A stretch of DNA of 61,889 bases, the filler included, from Platydemus manokwari (Eukaryota), in assembly GCA_037951405.1 (NCBI GenBank). It is 6 parts of 6 records of this genome, joined end to end, with 100 filler letters (N's around TTAATTAATTAA, not from the genome) between each part and the next. Parts side by side here need not be neighbours in the genome. Positions count along the whole stretch, not along the records: positions 39,663 to 51,091 come from JBBMOY010678875.1; positions 51,192 to 61,889 come from JBBMOY011112442.1; 4 more parts are not named here. One strand, 5' to 3'. Under the pieces are notes generated by a model. That model was not told where the DNA came from and did no database searches. It worked only from the letters and a program-made list of their open reading frames with translations. Positions 39,739 to 52,815 of the stretch are shown one piece after another. A program made the translations under genes and the position numbers. Each line of letters opens with the position of its first letter. Within the stretch, counting starts at the first letter, position 1.

Positions 39739-41310
39739 CTTTACGTAGAATTGGTTAACTTGGCTTGAGTTCTATTTAATGAATACTTCTAGATTATCTA
39801 ATTTCAAATCATTAGATGTAATGAATGTTTCCTTAGTGGAAATGGGTTGAATGATATGCAAAACACTGTGAAAACCTTGACCCCGACAGTTGATTCTCGT
39901 TGGGTTTTATTTGGTTTCAGAATTTCCATTGTTCCCCATCAGATTTAGAGTCGTATTCAATCAAATCGGCACCAAAGTTATTTAATCGATTTGGAACAAA
40001 CTAAATAAGAATAATATCGTTGGGTCTACCTGATGTAGAGCACAACAATACTCGTAAACACTTTAGTATGACTACCAAAGACAAACAAGTTGGTCAATAA
40101 GGTTTATTGACTTTCGCTCTGTATAAGCTTACTGTACAATTCATAAGGATCAAGCCCTTAAAATTAACCTGTAAATAAAAAACTGGATCAAATCCTGATA
40201 CAAAGTTGCAAATACCATCCAACGATCTACTCCCGAACAATATTACCAACATTCGTGAATACTGTTGAGTTCGTTTAACATTTTAAATATTCTACCTTTA
40301 CCGATATTGGGAATTTATATTTCAGAGATATTCTACTAAATTGCTGTTGTATAAATGTGATTGGCTAATATAAATCGGTACGAACTTGATGCATGTTAGT
40401 TTAATCATCAATTAAAATTAAGGGTTCTTAATTGAACTCAGCTGTTGGATTAAAAGTATCACAGAGTGAACATAGCGTCATTGTGAAACCCAATGAAATC
40501 TATCGGATAAAAATTAAAGTCCGATTAGATAGCGACAAATTTTGAGTTGATAATATTTGATAAGATAATTCATGATAAAGTATTTGAAATAATTTTTTTT
40601 CGGTTCTTCGTGTATTATTGACTTTAGTTGAAGTAATAAAGGAATATCTGAACAAATACTTTGTAATAAATACTGGAAAAATAAATAGAATTATAAAATG
40701 AAGATGAATAAAAGGCGATGCAACGAAATGATAGAGATTGCTTTCAATTGAAAATTTAATTTCTTTTGCCAAATCAAATCAAATATGCCTTTTGCTTGTG
40801 GAATTGATATTATTATCAGGGTATAATCACATGATTTGATAGAAATAAATTATTGGAAAAACTCATTCGATATTATTGCCGGATATTTAGAGAAGCTTGG
40901 ACATCAAATAATTAGCCAGAAGGATCGCACTTTTTGCATGTCAAGTAAAAAACCTTAAAACTCTGTCAATCAAAATAAATTATAAGCGGCCATGTAGTAC
41001 TTGCGTTATCGGCATGTTGATATTAGCTATGGTTTTTCACCAAAATAATGGTTTGACTTTAAACACAAATCGATATATTTTGATGAAAATTTATGAAATA
41101 ATTTCGTGTTTTCTTAACGACATGATGGGGCATCATAGTTTGTAAACACTGACATCCATTCAAATGACATTTACAGAACTCTTTACAAACTTGAAACCCA
41201 ACAAATGTGAAGAAATTATTTATTTACAGATATCAAATGTATTTTCAGAAAAACATTTATTGTACCACTAATGGGACCTCTTCATTTGGCCGTTATACCG
41301 GTTTTAAAAA

Positions 41311-41447
41311 CTATAAATCAATAAATTGTTGATCAATGATTCTACAAATCGATAAATTGTTGATCAATGATTCTATAAATCGATAAATTGTTGATCAATG
41401 ATTCTATAAATCGATATTTTGTTGATCAATGATTCTATAAATCGATT
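41311..41447. repeat. Minisatellite, 31-bp unit CTATAAATCGATAAATTGTTGATCAATGATT x ~4.4
   Basis: Head-to-tail units start at 41311, 41342, 41373, 41404 and 41435 (partial), with 0-2 mismatches each and no spacers. Confidence 0.95.
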
Positions 41448-42109
41448 GCAAGCGAACTATCACGAGGATAAACTTTTATATTTTGAAAGTAATCATTTAA
41501 TACATTTTGACATTAATCTCTAAAGGCTCTACCTTTGGAGACAGGGAAAATTTTCATATTTTAAAATCTATACTTTAAAATAATAAGGAAAGTAGCGGTT
41601 CTCACGATCTCGGTGAGATTACCACAGCAAATTTGTTTTATTCTAAAATCACGTTTGAGTCAATTTGTGTGAATATTTGTTTGTATTTTTTGAAACTTTT
41701 GATAATTTTGTGATCTAAATAAAGTTTTGATATAAATTCTTTGGTGTTGAAATAGTTTTTTGATAAAATAATTTAAAAAGGACTCACGCTGTTGAGTTGT
41801 GTCTAACAGCGACTAACATTCAACAACAACCCAACAATATCAACTTCTCTTAATCGTTGTATGGTCTGCAATGCGCATATTATTTTATCTCTGCTATCTC
41901 TGATTCCAAGAATTTGTTGAGTTGGAGAATTAATGGACCATAATGATTAAGGCACATTATTTCCGATAACAAATTTACCACCAAGTAGTGAGATGGTGTA
42001 TTTCTTGAAAAATAGTTTTTTCGAGTTCAGGTAGACTTATTGAAATGCGAGACGAGGTGTATAAATACACATTTTATCTATAGAGGGATATAAAGTTCTA
42101 GTAAATTAT

Positions 42110-42900
42110 TGTAGTAAGAAGCTGATTCTATTTTTGGTGGCATGCATTACCGTAATAATTCTATGATATTTGCCTTGTAACTTAATTTCATTCGATTTGT
42201 AGGTTTGATCTTTGAAAACGTAGTGATAGTGATCATTTTGCACCATATAATGGAAATTATTACTAAACAGAGTGCTGAGAAGATCAAAGTAAACCAAAAC
42301 GATTACAAGAAACAGTAAATAACTCTGAAAAGGGTCGATACACGCGATAAGCACGTGTGTTGTCAACCAATCAGATTCGTTCTAATATTAATCCATATTT
42401 AGAAGTTAAGAATCGACCTAGAGTTGGCTGTAAGCTCAAATATCTGCCAACAGCAAGAGAGATGTGAGGAAAATTTCAAGTAGAGCGATCTATGAACAAA
42501 TTCAGCAAATGGAAAAAGAAGACCTGTGACATCAAGTAGGCACACCCGATAAATCTATAAAAGAGGCTGAGTTACTTAAATAACTGTCAGTCTTTTTGGT
42601 CGGTAACTCGCAAGTTAAGCTTATATTTCTGTGATTTTTAGTAATCAGTCTTTTTGATTACCTTCTATTCTGTTTTTGACTTTCGGGCGAAAAGATTTAC
42701 TTGTAGCTATTGAGATTTCGATTATGATATTTTGAGTATTGTAGTTTTCAGATCTAAATTGTTAATTAATAAACCAACAAGAGTGTCAATGGGATAGCTC
42801 CGGAATAGAATAATTGTTTTGAAGAAAAGTCCTGTAACTGGGCTCGTTATTTTGTGTGCTTTTATCTAATACATTCAAATCCTATTTAATGATTACAACA
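42110..42900 (+). mobile_element. Putative solo LTR (~790 bp)
   Basis: Termini TGTAGTAA...TTACAACA (7/8 inverted match), internal TATAAAAG (~42556), AATAAA (~42768), and flanks ttat/tcat (3/4 possible target-site duplication). Confidence 0.45.
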
Positions 42901-45900
42901 TCATGTATAAGGAAATTAACAAAATGTATGTTATTTTGAAAAATCAAGATATGATTTTAAATATTTATTTTATGTGACCTGGTTATTTGTTTCGATGTAC
43001 ACCATTTCTAGATGATAAGACAAAACAAAAATCAGACATCTTAAAATCAAAATCAATTGTCACAGTTAATGCTATTGTTTTTTTATTGTCACTTGTAAAT
43101 TGGATTAATTTTACTGGTGTAGAGAATGGATGGAATATTTCATCTTTTATTGCCAACGTTAATTATTCACAGGATGTTTTGAGGCAAATAAGAGGCCTTT
43201 TCTCCTCTTAGTTGTAGTATATTGGTATTTATTATCGTGTCTTTCCTTTGAGATATAAATGGAGCTTGCGATGTAGATAGTGTTTAAGATGGTTGATGCA
43301 TTAGTTTCTAATTCATGCTTCTCTTTAAGATGATATTTTTGCCAATATTTTTTGTTATACGAGAAACAAAAAAAACAATTCTAATTCAAAACAATTATTA
43401 ATAATTCTTTTATTAATAATTGACTCTTTCATTGAGCGAAAATTATATTTTGGTTATTGATTGAATAATTTCGAAGAGAATCTTTCTGTTTCGTAAAAGT
43501 AATTGAGGTATTATTAGTCGACATTATATTTATACTTAAATCACTATTTATATTTCTGCTTTGTGACTAGAAAAGAAAATCGAGCAAGAGAATCAAATCT
43601 TTTGAGATATTTGGGTTTTGGAGTCTTGACTCAAAGCTCAATGGGTTCAAGCATACAAATGTTTTCCTATTATCATCATGAACAATTTAATATAAATTGA
43701 TTTTAATTTGAATCAAATTTCATTGTTTTTTGGAAAATATTTTATTATTGATCACACTCATTTAAACTCACAATTGCTGCAATCTCAGTAAAAAAAATCG
43801 AAAGTTTTGGCTGATTTCATCAAGTAATAAAAATTTTTCGGAAATTATAATGAACACATCTGAAGTACGTCCTTTTACCAATTCGTCGTCATCTAATTAA
43901 TGGTCATCATATTGACTTCCATAAAGTTAAATCAGAAATAGTTTCTCAAATTTAAATGAAAATTTTGGAAAATTTTCTTATCAAAATGTTTCTTGGAGCT
44001 ATTGTATTAAAAATGATTTCCCAGATTAATTCTCGATTCAAATATCAATAAGTCAGGATGTGATTTCCAATCTTGTCTTCAAAATGTATGATAATTCCAA
44101 AGATCTGTGACGTCTTTAGTTCATATTGTTTAGAAACAGAAAAAAATCAAGCAATGAATGTTGAAAAAAGATCTTTCAAACGTATGGACACATGGAATGG
44201 CAATAGTTGATGTCTTAACGTCAACATTTTTGTCACCACCGAAACTACACAACTCCAAATTTACCTCTTATCAATATGATTTCAATTTAATTGGAGTCTT
44301 ACGGTAAGTAAAAACACTAATAATTTCTCAATATAATTATCTGTTTGGTAATAGTAGGAAGCTATTGATTAAAAGTTCGATAATTAGTCCAATCAGGAAT
44401 TAATACCAAATATGAAATCTGTCTATCAGTGCATAACTTCTAGTTCCTACGAATAAATGACGTACCTATATGTCTACTCAAGAATATTGTTCAAGCACAC
44501 GATACTTTATTTTACAATAGAATGAGGTACTTTATATTTTTATGGATACACTAAAATGCAAACTATCTTTATGAAATTAATTAATGCTTAGCATCTCTCC
44601 TAATTTCCTTGAAATGCAAAATACTATGTATATGATTTATTTTTATGCTTTTTCTGCATGCAATACTTTTAACTGTGCTCAATACTCAATAAATAATTTT
44701 ACTTGTGGTTTTCTATATTTCCCCAAATTTTAAAATTTCAAAAATCTGCTCTTAACAACTAATTCTCATCCTTAAATATCGTCGTTAATTGATCTATTTT
44801 TTAATGAATAATTAAAGTATTATATTGTTTTATAATATTTAAAAATACAATTATTTTTAGTGTTATTAAATTTTTTAATGATAGATTTCATAGACCAGTT
44901 AATAACTATTTCTATTGTTTTCTATTACTTTCATTAATAACATCTTATTAAACTGCATCGATTTTCACTGATAGTTTCTATATAAAAACGTTGAGCGATG
45001 TCATTCGATATCATCTCAAATCGTTTGGTCTTCCATCTAAGTACAACATAGTTGCTAAAATATTGGTGATGATGTAAGTGTAATGATAAGATTCAGAAAC
45101 GATTCGTTTGATATTTAACAAATTCGTTTTCTTTAAGCTTTGTATTTGTACTGTGCGCTGTTAGAAAAGGATTTTTACAAAGATAATTTTTTGGTTCAAG
45201 TAACTTTAGTCAAAAATTTATATTAATTAAAAAAAATTGTTTTTAATAGTTCTTTCAAGATTGACTTTTTATATTACTTCTGTTGGTTGTTTCTATATTA
45301 AGAATGTTTGTTAGTGAGGATGCAATTACTTTCTAATTTTATATGTGTAATACTTATGGTAGCGTACTTACTAAACATTCGACAATCAGGTTCACCGGTA
45401 GACTATTTTTAAAGTTTTTCCGGCCCATTGGTACCATATAAAACCTTGAATTCTCTATACAATAATTAGGTAATTAGATAGTTCACATAAGCTTCACTAG
45501 TTTAGGCTTGCATCACGGTTGTTATTTATTACCTGGCCTTTTTCCTTTATAAAAGAATTTTTTCCGTCTTTTTCAATTGAGTCACAATTTTATTTTGTAT
45601 ATTCAACATAAATTATGAAAATATACAAATAATATGGATTGCTTGCGTGAGGAAAATTAGAAGGAACAAATTTAATAAAAATTTAATAAAAAATTTAATA
45701 ATAATTTTAATAATTTAATAATAATTTTAAAATAATAATTTTTCTAAAGAATATTTTAATTTTCATAAATTTATATTTCAGAAAATTATTTAAAAATTTA
45801 ATATGAAGTGATTCTTAAATAATTCAAATATTTTTATTTATATATAATACTACTTATATTCCTAATTAAGATTTTCAATAATTGAAGCTCTTTGGAAAAG

Positions 45901-46462
45901 ATTTTAATTTGTTTAAAAACTTTTGATTTGTTTTGGATAATAAAAATTTACCAAACTCTTCTAGATGCATATTTGTATTGAATCTCAAAATTTAAATCAA
46001 GTAGCCACCACTAATAGTTTTTTTTTATCAATTTATAACTATCTTTTAAACAGAAACCACAAAGATTACTTTAAATGAATGGATCGATACATATTAAAGT
46101 GTGATTCGGAAAAAAGATTTTTGATTTTGAAATCTATTCTTCTCTAATAATAGATTTAACGAATAAAATAAGATAAAGTGAACATCAGTTTCAGTGGACA
46201 TTATTTCAGCTATTCGGATGATAAATTAGGATATCTGGAAATCAAATATAATATATCCAATGCTACGGTATGAGCTTAATGGATAATGCATTATTGATGG
46301 ATGAGATCAAACTCAACTTTATTTTTCATACACCTTTCAGTTTAATGAAAAGCACTTTGAAGTTATTTATATATAAGATGATGTAAACTATTCTTCACAA
46401 TCAATCAATATAATGAAATAACCAACAGTTATGCCATCAAAATTTTATTAATTAAACGAAAA

Positions 46463-49400
46463 TTATAATTTTCCAGTGTTACCGCATAAATCATTGCAAT
46501 GACATTTCGTTATTCGGATATCCACAAGAGTTACCTTGAATTCTTTTTTCGTGTCTTTATCCATGCAAGTGTATTCTTTCGGAGGAATGACTTTAAATTT
46601 CGCTGGATTGCAACATTTGCACTTTGACAGTAGTCGGAACTCTTGGAATAATTCTTCATTATTATTATTCAACATCATTTGAGACAGCCTATTAAATCTC
46701 TCTGTCGGATCCTGAATATTGAAAACATTAATATTATTAAAAAGCCAATATTATTACTTCCGCTGGTCGTTTGACAATAACATCAGAATGTGATGGACAT
46801 CCACCTCCACAAGATGTTTCTAAAAATACTTGTCCGTCTTTGAGGAGACATGTGCGATTATTTTCAAGTATTTTTGAAGTAGTTTCAATGGTCTCCACTG
46901 AACAGCGCACAACTGCAGATTTATAGCAACATCTATCTTTATCCTTTACTGCTATATCTCCATTCTTCACATATTTTTCATCATCTAAAGAGCACGGGGG
47001 CATTCCGTCAGTGATTGCTAGTGGTGATTTTTTCAATTCTCCATTGGAGCACATAAGCGACTGACATGAATCCAGAAATTGTTTTATTTCTCCATTCTTC
47101 AAACAGAAGAAAAATTACTAATAAATCATATATAATTTTTATCGTACTCACGACAATCAATATTGAATATAAAATATAATTATATTTATTGATATTAAGT
47201 GCCATTTAGCTAAAAAATGCAAAACTAAGAAAAAAGTTTAAAGTAGTTTTTGTATTTTTGTTTTAATAACGCAGGTCGATTATCAATGTTAATAAAAAAA
47301 AACTAGTTATTTATATGAAAAATTGAAATAATCGATAATTAATAGACAAACCTGCCATGTTGTTCCATTAATTTTACACTGGTAACATTCAGCAATTGGT
47401 ACACAAGTATTGTTAGTATCTCTGACATGATCTGGTTGACATTTGCAACCTTCTTTACATTTATGATTGGTATTCAGTTTCTTGATGACGTCATTACAGG
47501 TTTGTTCACAATTATTATTTTCTGGTGCAAAAATCACTTTCGTTTCACAACACTTTGTAGCAGCATAGCAAGTATTTACAGTTTTGTTTGGACCTATATA
47601 ATAGAAAATGGATTTTTTTATTTACTACGAACGTTATCATTTTCCAATACCTTCGCACTCTTTTCCTCCAAACTTCGGAGATTTCAAAATCCTTCTTTCC
47701 AAAATCTCAACACCTTTACCACAAGTCACATTACAAGGTACAACTTCCTTCCAATCATCCCACTGACAATTCTGAGTGCATTTCACATTAGTGCAAACGA
47801 ATTTTCCTTGTCGACAGGTACTTAATAAATCAGTAATTTATATATTCATTTTATAAATATTATCTTATTACCAATTATTGCAATGTTTACTAATAACAGT
47901 GTCTGGAAGTAATTCCTCATCATATTTATCTGGTTTTGGTCCCAAAATATCCTCATTCCATTTACAACGACATTGTGATTTTCGTACACATTTGCCATCT
48001 TGTTCGACCATATTATCCGGACAAGAACACGATTCAATGCAAGTTTCAATGCCGGTACATGGTGTAGATAGATCGCTGCATCTCTGTTCACAAGGGTTGA
48101 TACAAGACTGTAATTTCTTTGGAGCCAAGCATGGTGTACCTAATGGTGACAAAAATCAGGCAGACTATATCGACATAAATTTTAGAAAATTTACTGCAGT
48201 TTCCAAGATTACACGGTTCATATAATGGTTTACAATCCTTTCCTCCATTTTCAGCTTTTATCACTTGTAACGGGTGCCTAGTAATCATTCCAATTCCACA
48301 ACTCGGATCACACGTTGAATCGTTTGATGCGCAGTACTTTATACATGAAGCCGATCCATCATATTCTATCACTTTACAATCGACTAGAAAATTATTTATA
48401 TTTGCATTTCACGTGAATATCATTGAATAAATAGTACTTACCTGGACATTCTTTTTGGCAAATAATTGATTGATTTGTGTCACATTGTTTTCCACCATTT
48501 ATCGAAGGAACCATGATATCTCTCACTTGAGTTATGATGCCGTATGCAATTGGTTTATTTGGTGTACATTCTGCATTACAAGAGGAACTGTTTCTCCATT
48601 CTCCAGGAACACAGTCAACCTATCCATATTTCAATACATATTCTCAATCTATATTAAGTCTTATTATACTTGACAATTTAATTTACAATGCTCCGTTTCT
48701 AGTCGTGTTCCGTTACATCTAGTTGAAGGACTCTCACAAGTATCGATACAAATACGATATCGAGTTCTCGTTCCATTTGGACAATTTCCTAAACAAATCG
48801 ACCACGATGACCATTCATTCCATGTAGCTTCTAAACATTTGTTTAATATTATATAAATCAACGATAACGTCTATGGTTTACGTGGTTTATTTTCGATTTT
48901 AGGTTTGCATTCTTTAACTCCAGAGAAATTGCAAAAACTAAATATAATGAGTAACGTATTTACAATATGATGAGAATACTTATAATAAAATCAATTTCGC
49001 TTACCATTCAACACAAGATGATTTGGGAGTCATCGGTGAACCACTCAATATTATTTCTTCAGAACCCTCTTCCGTACAATTTGTGCATGGAACAATCGGA
49101 CAAGGCTTAATGTCGATTTCATTTCCATTGCAATGTTTTCCGTTCCCTCTTTGATTTGTATTTTGTATTCTAGTTCGAGTTTGATTGCCATTACCACACA
49201 ATTTGTTACATGGTGACCAGTTTTGCCACGGTTTCCAAGTACAATCACAATTTTCAGTTTGTGTACAAATTGCTTTTCCGTTTTTACAAGAGGCCAATTC
49301 ACTGATAGATCAATTAATTAATTTAATCAATTAATGGTAAATCTATTAATAAATTTCGCGATTGGTAAAACATTGAATTATATATATATATATATTTATG

Positions 49401-51058
49401 TAAATTTTAGTCAACAAACTTTCCTTAATGTAATAACAATATTTTGTTGTATATTTGTTGTATACGTTGAGACGATTTCTGTTTCATCAATAGAACAAAA
49501 ATACTTAGGAGATAAATATTTATTTGAATGATTGATATCTAAAGTTAACTGGTGTAATTTAAAAATAAGAGGTAAATTTACTCTAAAGCAATAATAAAGT
49601 AATATTGATGTATTATTTGTCATCGATATAATAAGCCATTGGAGAAATTATTAAGATACAAAAAATCGATTTACCATTCTTTACAATTTGCCAGAGTTAG
49701 ATCGCAACATTTATCGATGGGAACACAATCTCCAAACATGTTTTCAACATAATTATGTGGACAGAAACATCCAGTGACACAATTTGAAGATTCTTCACAT
49801 CCGACACTCAACTTTTGAACATCTTCACAAGTTCTTGGGCAGGTTGAGTTGTGACAGATGGTCAATATTTTATTTCCACTGCATTTAGTAGCTGTAGATA
49901 ATAAAATGATTTTATTAAATCTGCTTCATCAAACACATTACTTGATGTTTGATTTTCGCAGGCAAAATCATTACACGATGCAGATGATTTTGAATAATCT
50001 ATAGAATTATGACATGCACTAGTTAATGGTTGCCTTGTTTTGCTGGTTATTCCTCCACCACATGGTTTACTACAATTGCTCCATTGTGACCATTCGCTCC
50101 ACTGACAAATGCAAGTATTTGGGCATTTCCTAACTTCTTCATTTCCGTTTGGCTCACAAGATCTTCCACCATAGATTGGTTGATTTAAAATTGTTCTTTT
50201 ACGATTTTGAGATGAATCATCACAAGGACCTTTACAATTTGACCATTCAGTCCATTCGGACCATTGACAATCTTTACCTAAATTTAAAAGTATCAAAATA
50301 TTTTATAAGAAATGAAATTAAATTCGAAAAATAAAATTGCAATCACTACATAAATATTAAAAATAAAATCAATCATGCAACATAATTGGTACATTATTAT
50401 TAACAATAAAACTTCAAAGGCTTTAAAAAAGAATCAATACATATTAACCAAAATAATTTTAACAAAATTACAAATAATATATAAATATATATATGAAATA
50501 GATTAATGAACAGAGTATTCTAAAAAGTAAAAATATTTAAAGATTTAAACAATAAAATAATTTAAAAAAATTAAATAATTACTGCAACTGAGATCATTTT
50601 GACACACGAATTTGGATTTTGAACAGGTACAATTTGCGCAATTGAAATAGACAGTTGTATTGTCAGTGATAGAAGAACCATCACGGACGACTTCTTTCAA
50701 CATTGTAGGTCCTTTTAGATTGTCAAGTTCGATCCAAGCAAGAACGATATCTCTGCTGACAACCGATTTCAGATCATTAAAAGAAAGCTGGCAATTGCAA
50801 TCAGTAACAAAACATGGTTCATGTTGACGTTCAATAAAAGAACAATTACGAAATCTAGAAATGAAAGCTCTTCCACAAGAAACATCACATGTAGACCAGG
50901 AAGACCACTCAGAACAAGACGACAGAGTTGAAGTAAAATTAGCGATTTGAGAAACAGAAGTAAGCGAGGGAGAGCTGGAAAACAATAATCCTTTAGTAGT
51001 ATGTTCAAACTGTGTTGGTTTAAAGCATCCTTTAACTTCAATGCGAACATTGTCAGTC
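46463..51058 (-). CDS. C-terminal ~1,050 aa of a SCO-spondin-like/vWF-mucin superfamily secreted glycoprotein (TSP1 repeats, TIL, VWC-like modules, C-terminal cystine knot); 5' part lost at gap
   Basis: 13 GT-AG exons, approx. 51058-50583, 50277-49942, 49891-49675, 49301-49005, 48937-48882, 48830-48670, 48619-48442, 48383-48195, 48139-47872, 47820-47651, 47593-47352, 47096-46758, 46711-46463. Multiple WSxWSxC..CG.G...R.R TSP1 repeats, TIL domains (CPRTC...CVTGCFCP...CVPIDKC) and a terminal cystine knot (CGGGC...CKCC...CHC). Confidence 0.85.
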
Positions 51059-51091
51059 CTAGTAAAATTAGAAAACTTTATTCATATCCAA

Positions 51092-51191
51092 NNNNNNNNN
51101 NNNNNNNNNNNNNNNNNNNNNNNNNNNNNNNNNNNTTAATTAATTAANNNNNNNNNNNNNNNNNNNNNNNNNNNNNNNNNNNNNNNNNNNN
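51092..51191. other. Artificial contig linker
   Basis: N44-TTAATTAATTAA-N44. Confidence 0.98.
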
Positions 51192-52432
51192 GCAAATATG
51201 AATCAGGATCCAACACGAGCAGAATGGCTTTGAATGAAAATACGACTTCACACGATTTGGTTGTAACACACTACGAGCTAGTGGTTTCAGAATAAAACGG
51301 GCGAAAATTGTGACGTTTTCCCCCCTATACGAATCGGGAAACGAATTTAATCGTCACGGATTATTGACGAAAATTGATACAAATAAATTAATTCCCCAAG
51401 GATTTCTCCTATAATTTGTTTAAAATAAAATTTGCTTGCAATAATATATTGACAGAATATAAATAATTCAATATATTTCGTATATTTGGTCTTAAAAGGT
51501 GCAAAAAGAAATATTTATTAACTGTAAACAACTATTGCTATTTTATGATAACAATTATTATTATTATCAGTATTATTATTATTATTTTAATTAAAATTTA
51601 ATCAGAAGCTTGATTTAACAAATTATATAAAATAAAATACACTGCTTAATTAATCAAGCCTTTTCTAAAAATTGTTACATTTAACAACGCTTGAATGATC
51701 ATGCTCTAAAAATAGTAACTGAATTGTTACTTTTACATATTGAGATAAAAAACACATGAATAAAAAATTAATACTTTTATACACGTATTAAACAAAATTG
51801 TTACATTAAAAACAAATGTCACCAGGCATGACCGTCAATTGTCAAAGATTGTTACAATTTGTTTCTGTTGAATTTTCCATTTTCCCAACATTTTTATTAA
51901 TTTGGTTTATTAGCACTAGTATTTATTTTAAGAATTTAGCTAATATATAAACAAAACGAATAACATTAATTATTATTAACACATTTTAACAGAAGTTGCT
52001 ATTTCCTAGTGAATTTTATTGATGATTTTTGCGATTTTTGTTTCCCGAACAAATAACCAATCCCGGAATATACAAATCGAAATTAACTCAATTCATTTAA
52101 TTATAATTGGTAGGTATTGTAGAATTTGCGAGAGATACAACCTATTAAATTTAAGATATTTTTTTTCCAGATATTTATAACAAATTATTTAGTAAAATTT
52201 TAGTGTTTCCAATTGTTTTGTTGAGTCTAATTGTAATTTTTGCTCACAAATGACTTCCTTGATTCTGTCTAGTATCCTCCAATTTAATGACGATTTTTAT
52301 GACCGTTGATTTCCTTGATATACTTATTTTCATACTGATTTTTGTGCTTTGATTATTTATTGTTTTTTAAATCAATTTTACTGATTACTTTCATTAATTT
52401 TTTACATTGGTTTAGGGTTAGGGTTTTTAGGG

Positions 52433-52815
52433 AAATTCAAAAGTATCATCTATTAAAAGTTTTTGAGAATAATACTGAAAAAATAAACAAAAAGTATAAA
52501 TGATAATGGGAATCAAAAATAATGTTTTGTTACAAACTGTGGTTAATAAATATAGTAATAAAATTCAATTTAGTATTGGCATAGTTCCTATCGAAGGAAG
52601 TAAAAATCTTGAAAATGTGAAAGAAAAATATAAAGAAATGATAAAAAATTAGAATTACGGATGTTGATAGAACACTTAAATATAAAACTAAATTTGAGAA
52701 AGGTTATACAACAAAATTTACAAAAGAAATATTTATTATTAAAGAATTTTGTAAAACAAAACCTATAAGTTATAAATTAATAGATGTAAAAGAAAAGGAA
52801 ATATAGGAAAGTTAA
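52433..52815 (+). mobile_element. Polinton/Maverick retroviral-like integrase remnant
   Basis: 52681-52803 translates YKTKFEKGYTTKFTKEIFIIKEFCKTKPISYKLIDVKEKEI*, matching the Polinton integrase C-terminal pattern FEKGYTPNWSxEIFxI...PxTYxLxD. Upstream LQTVVNKYSNKIQFSIGIVPIE resembles the YNNxxHxSIxMxP motif. Confidence 0.75.

Noticed and set aside
41311-41447. CRISPR-like array of ~31-bp partly palindromic repeats
   Set aside because: Units are contiguous with no unique spacers, there are no cas genes, and the context is eukaryotic.
44100-44230. hAT transposase C-terminal dimerisation motif on the minus strand (ERSF-like)
   Set aside because: Only a few matching residues with frameshifts; not supportable without an HMM search.
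47427-48722. Plus-strand ORFs (47427, 47588, 47878, 48470, 48534)
   Set aside because: Antisense shadows of the Cys-rich minus-strand exons with no recognisable features. The same applies to 11152-11397, 17466-17756, 28878-29096 and 30052-30261 opposite other genes.
28013-51058. Glycan-modification gene cluster (GT7 + FkbM + secreted glycoprotein)
   Set aside because: The three genes lie on three different contigs separated by artificial linkers, so linkage is unsupported.
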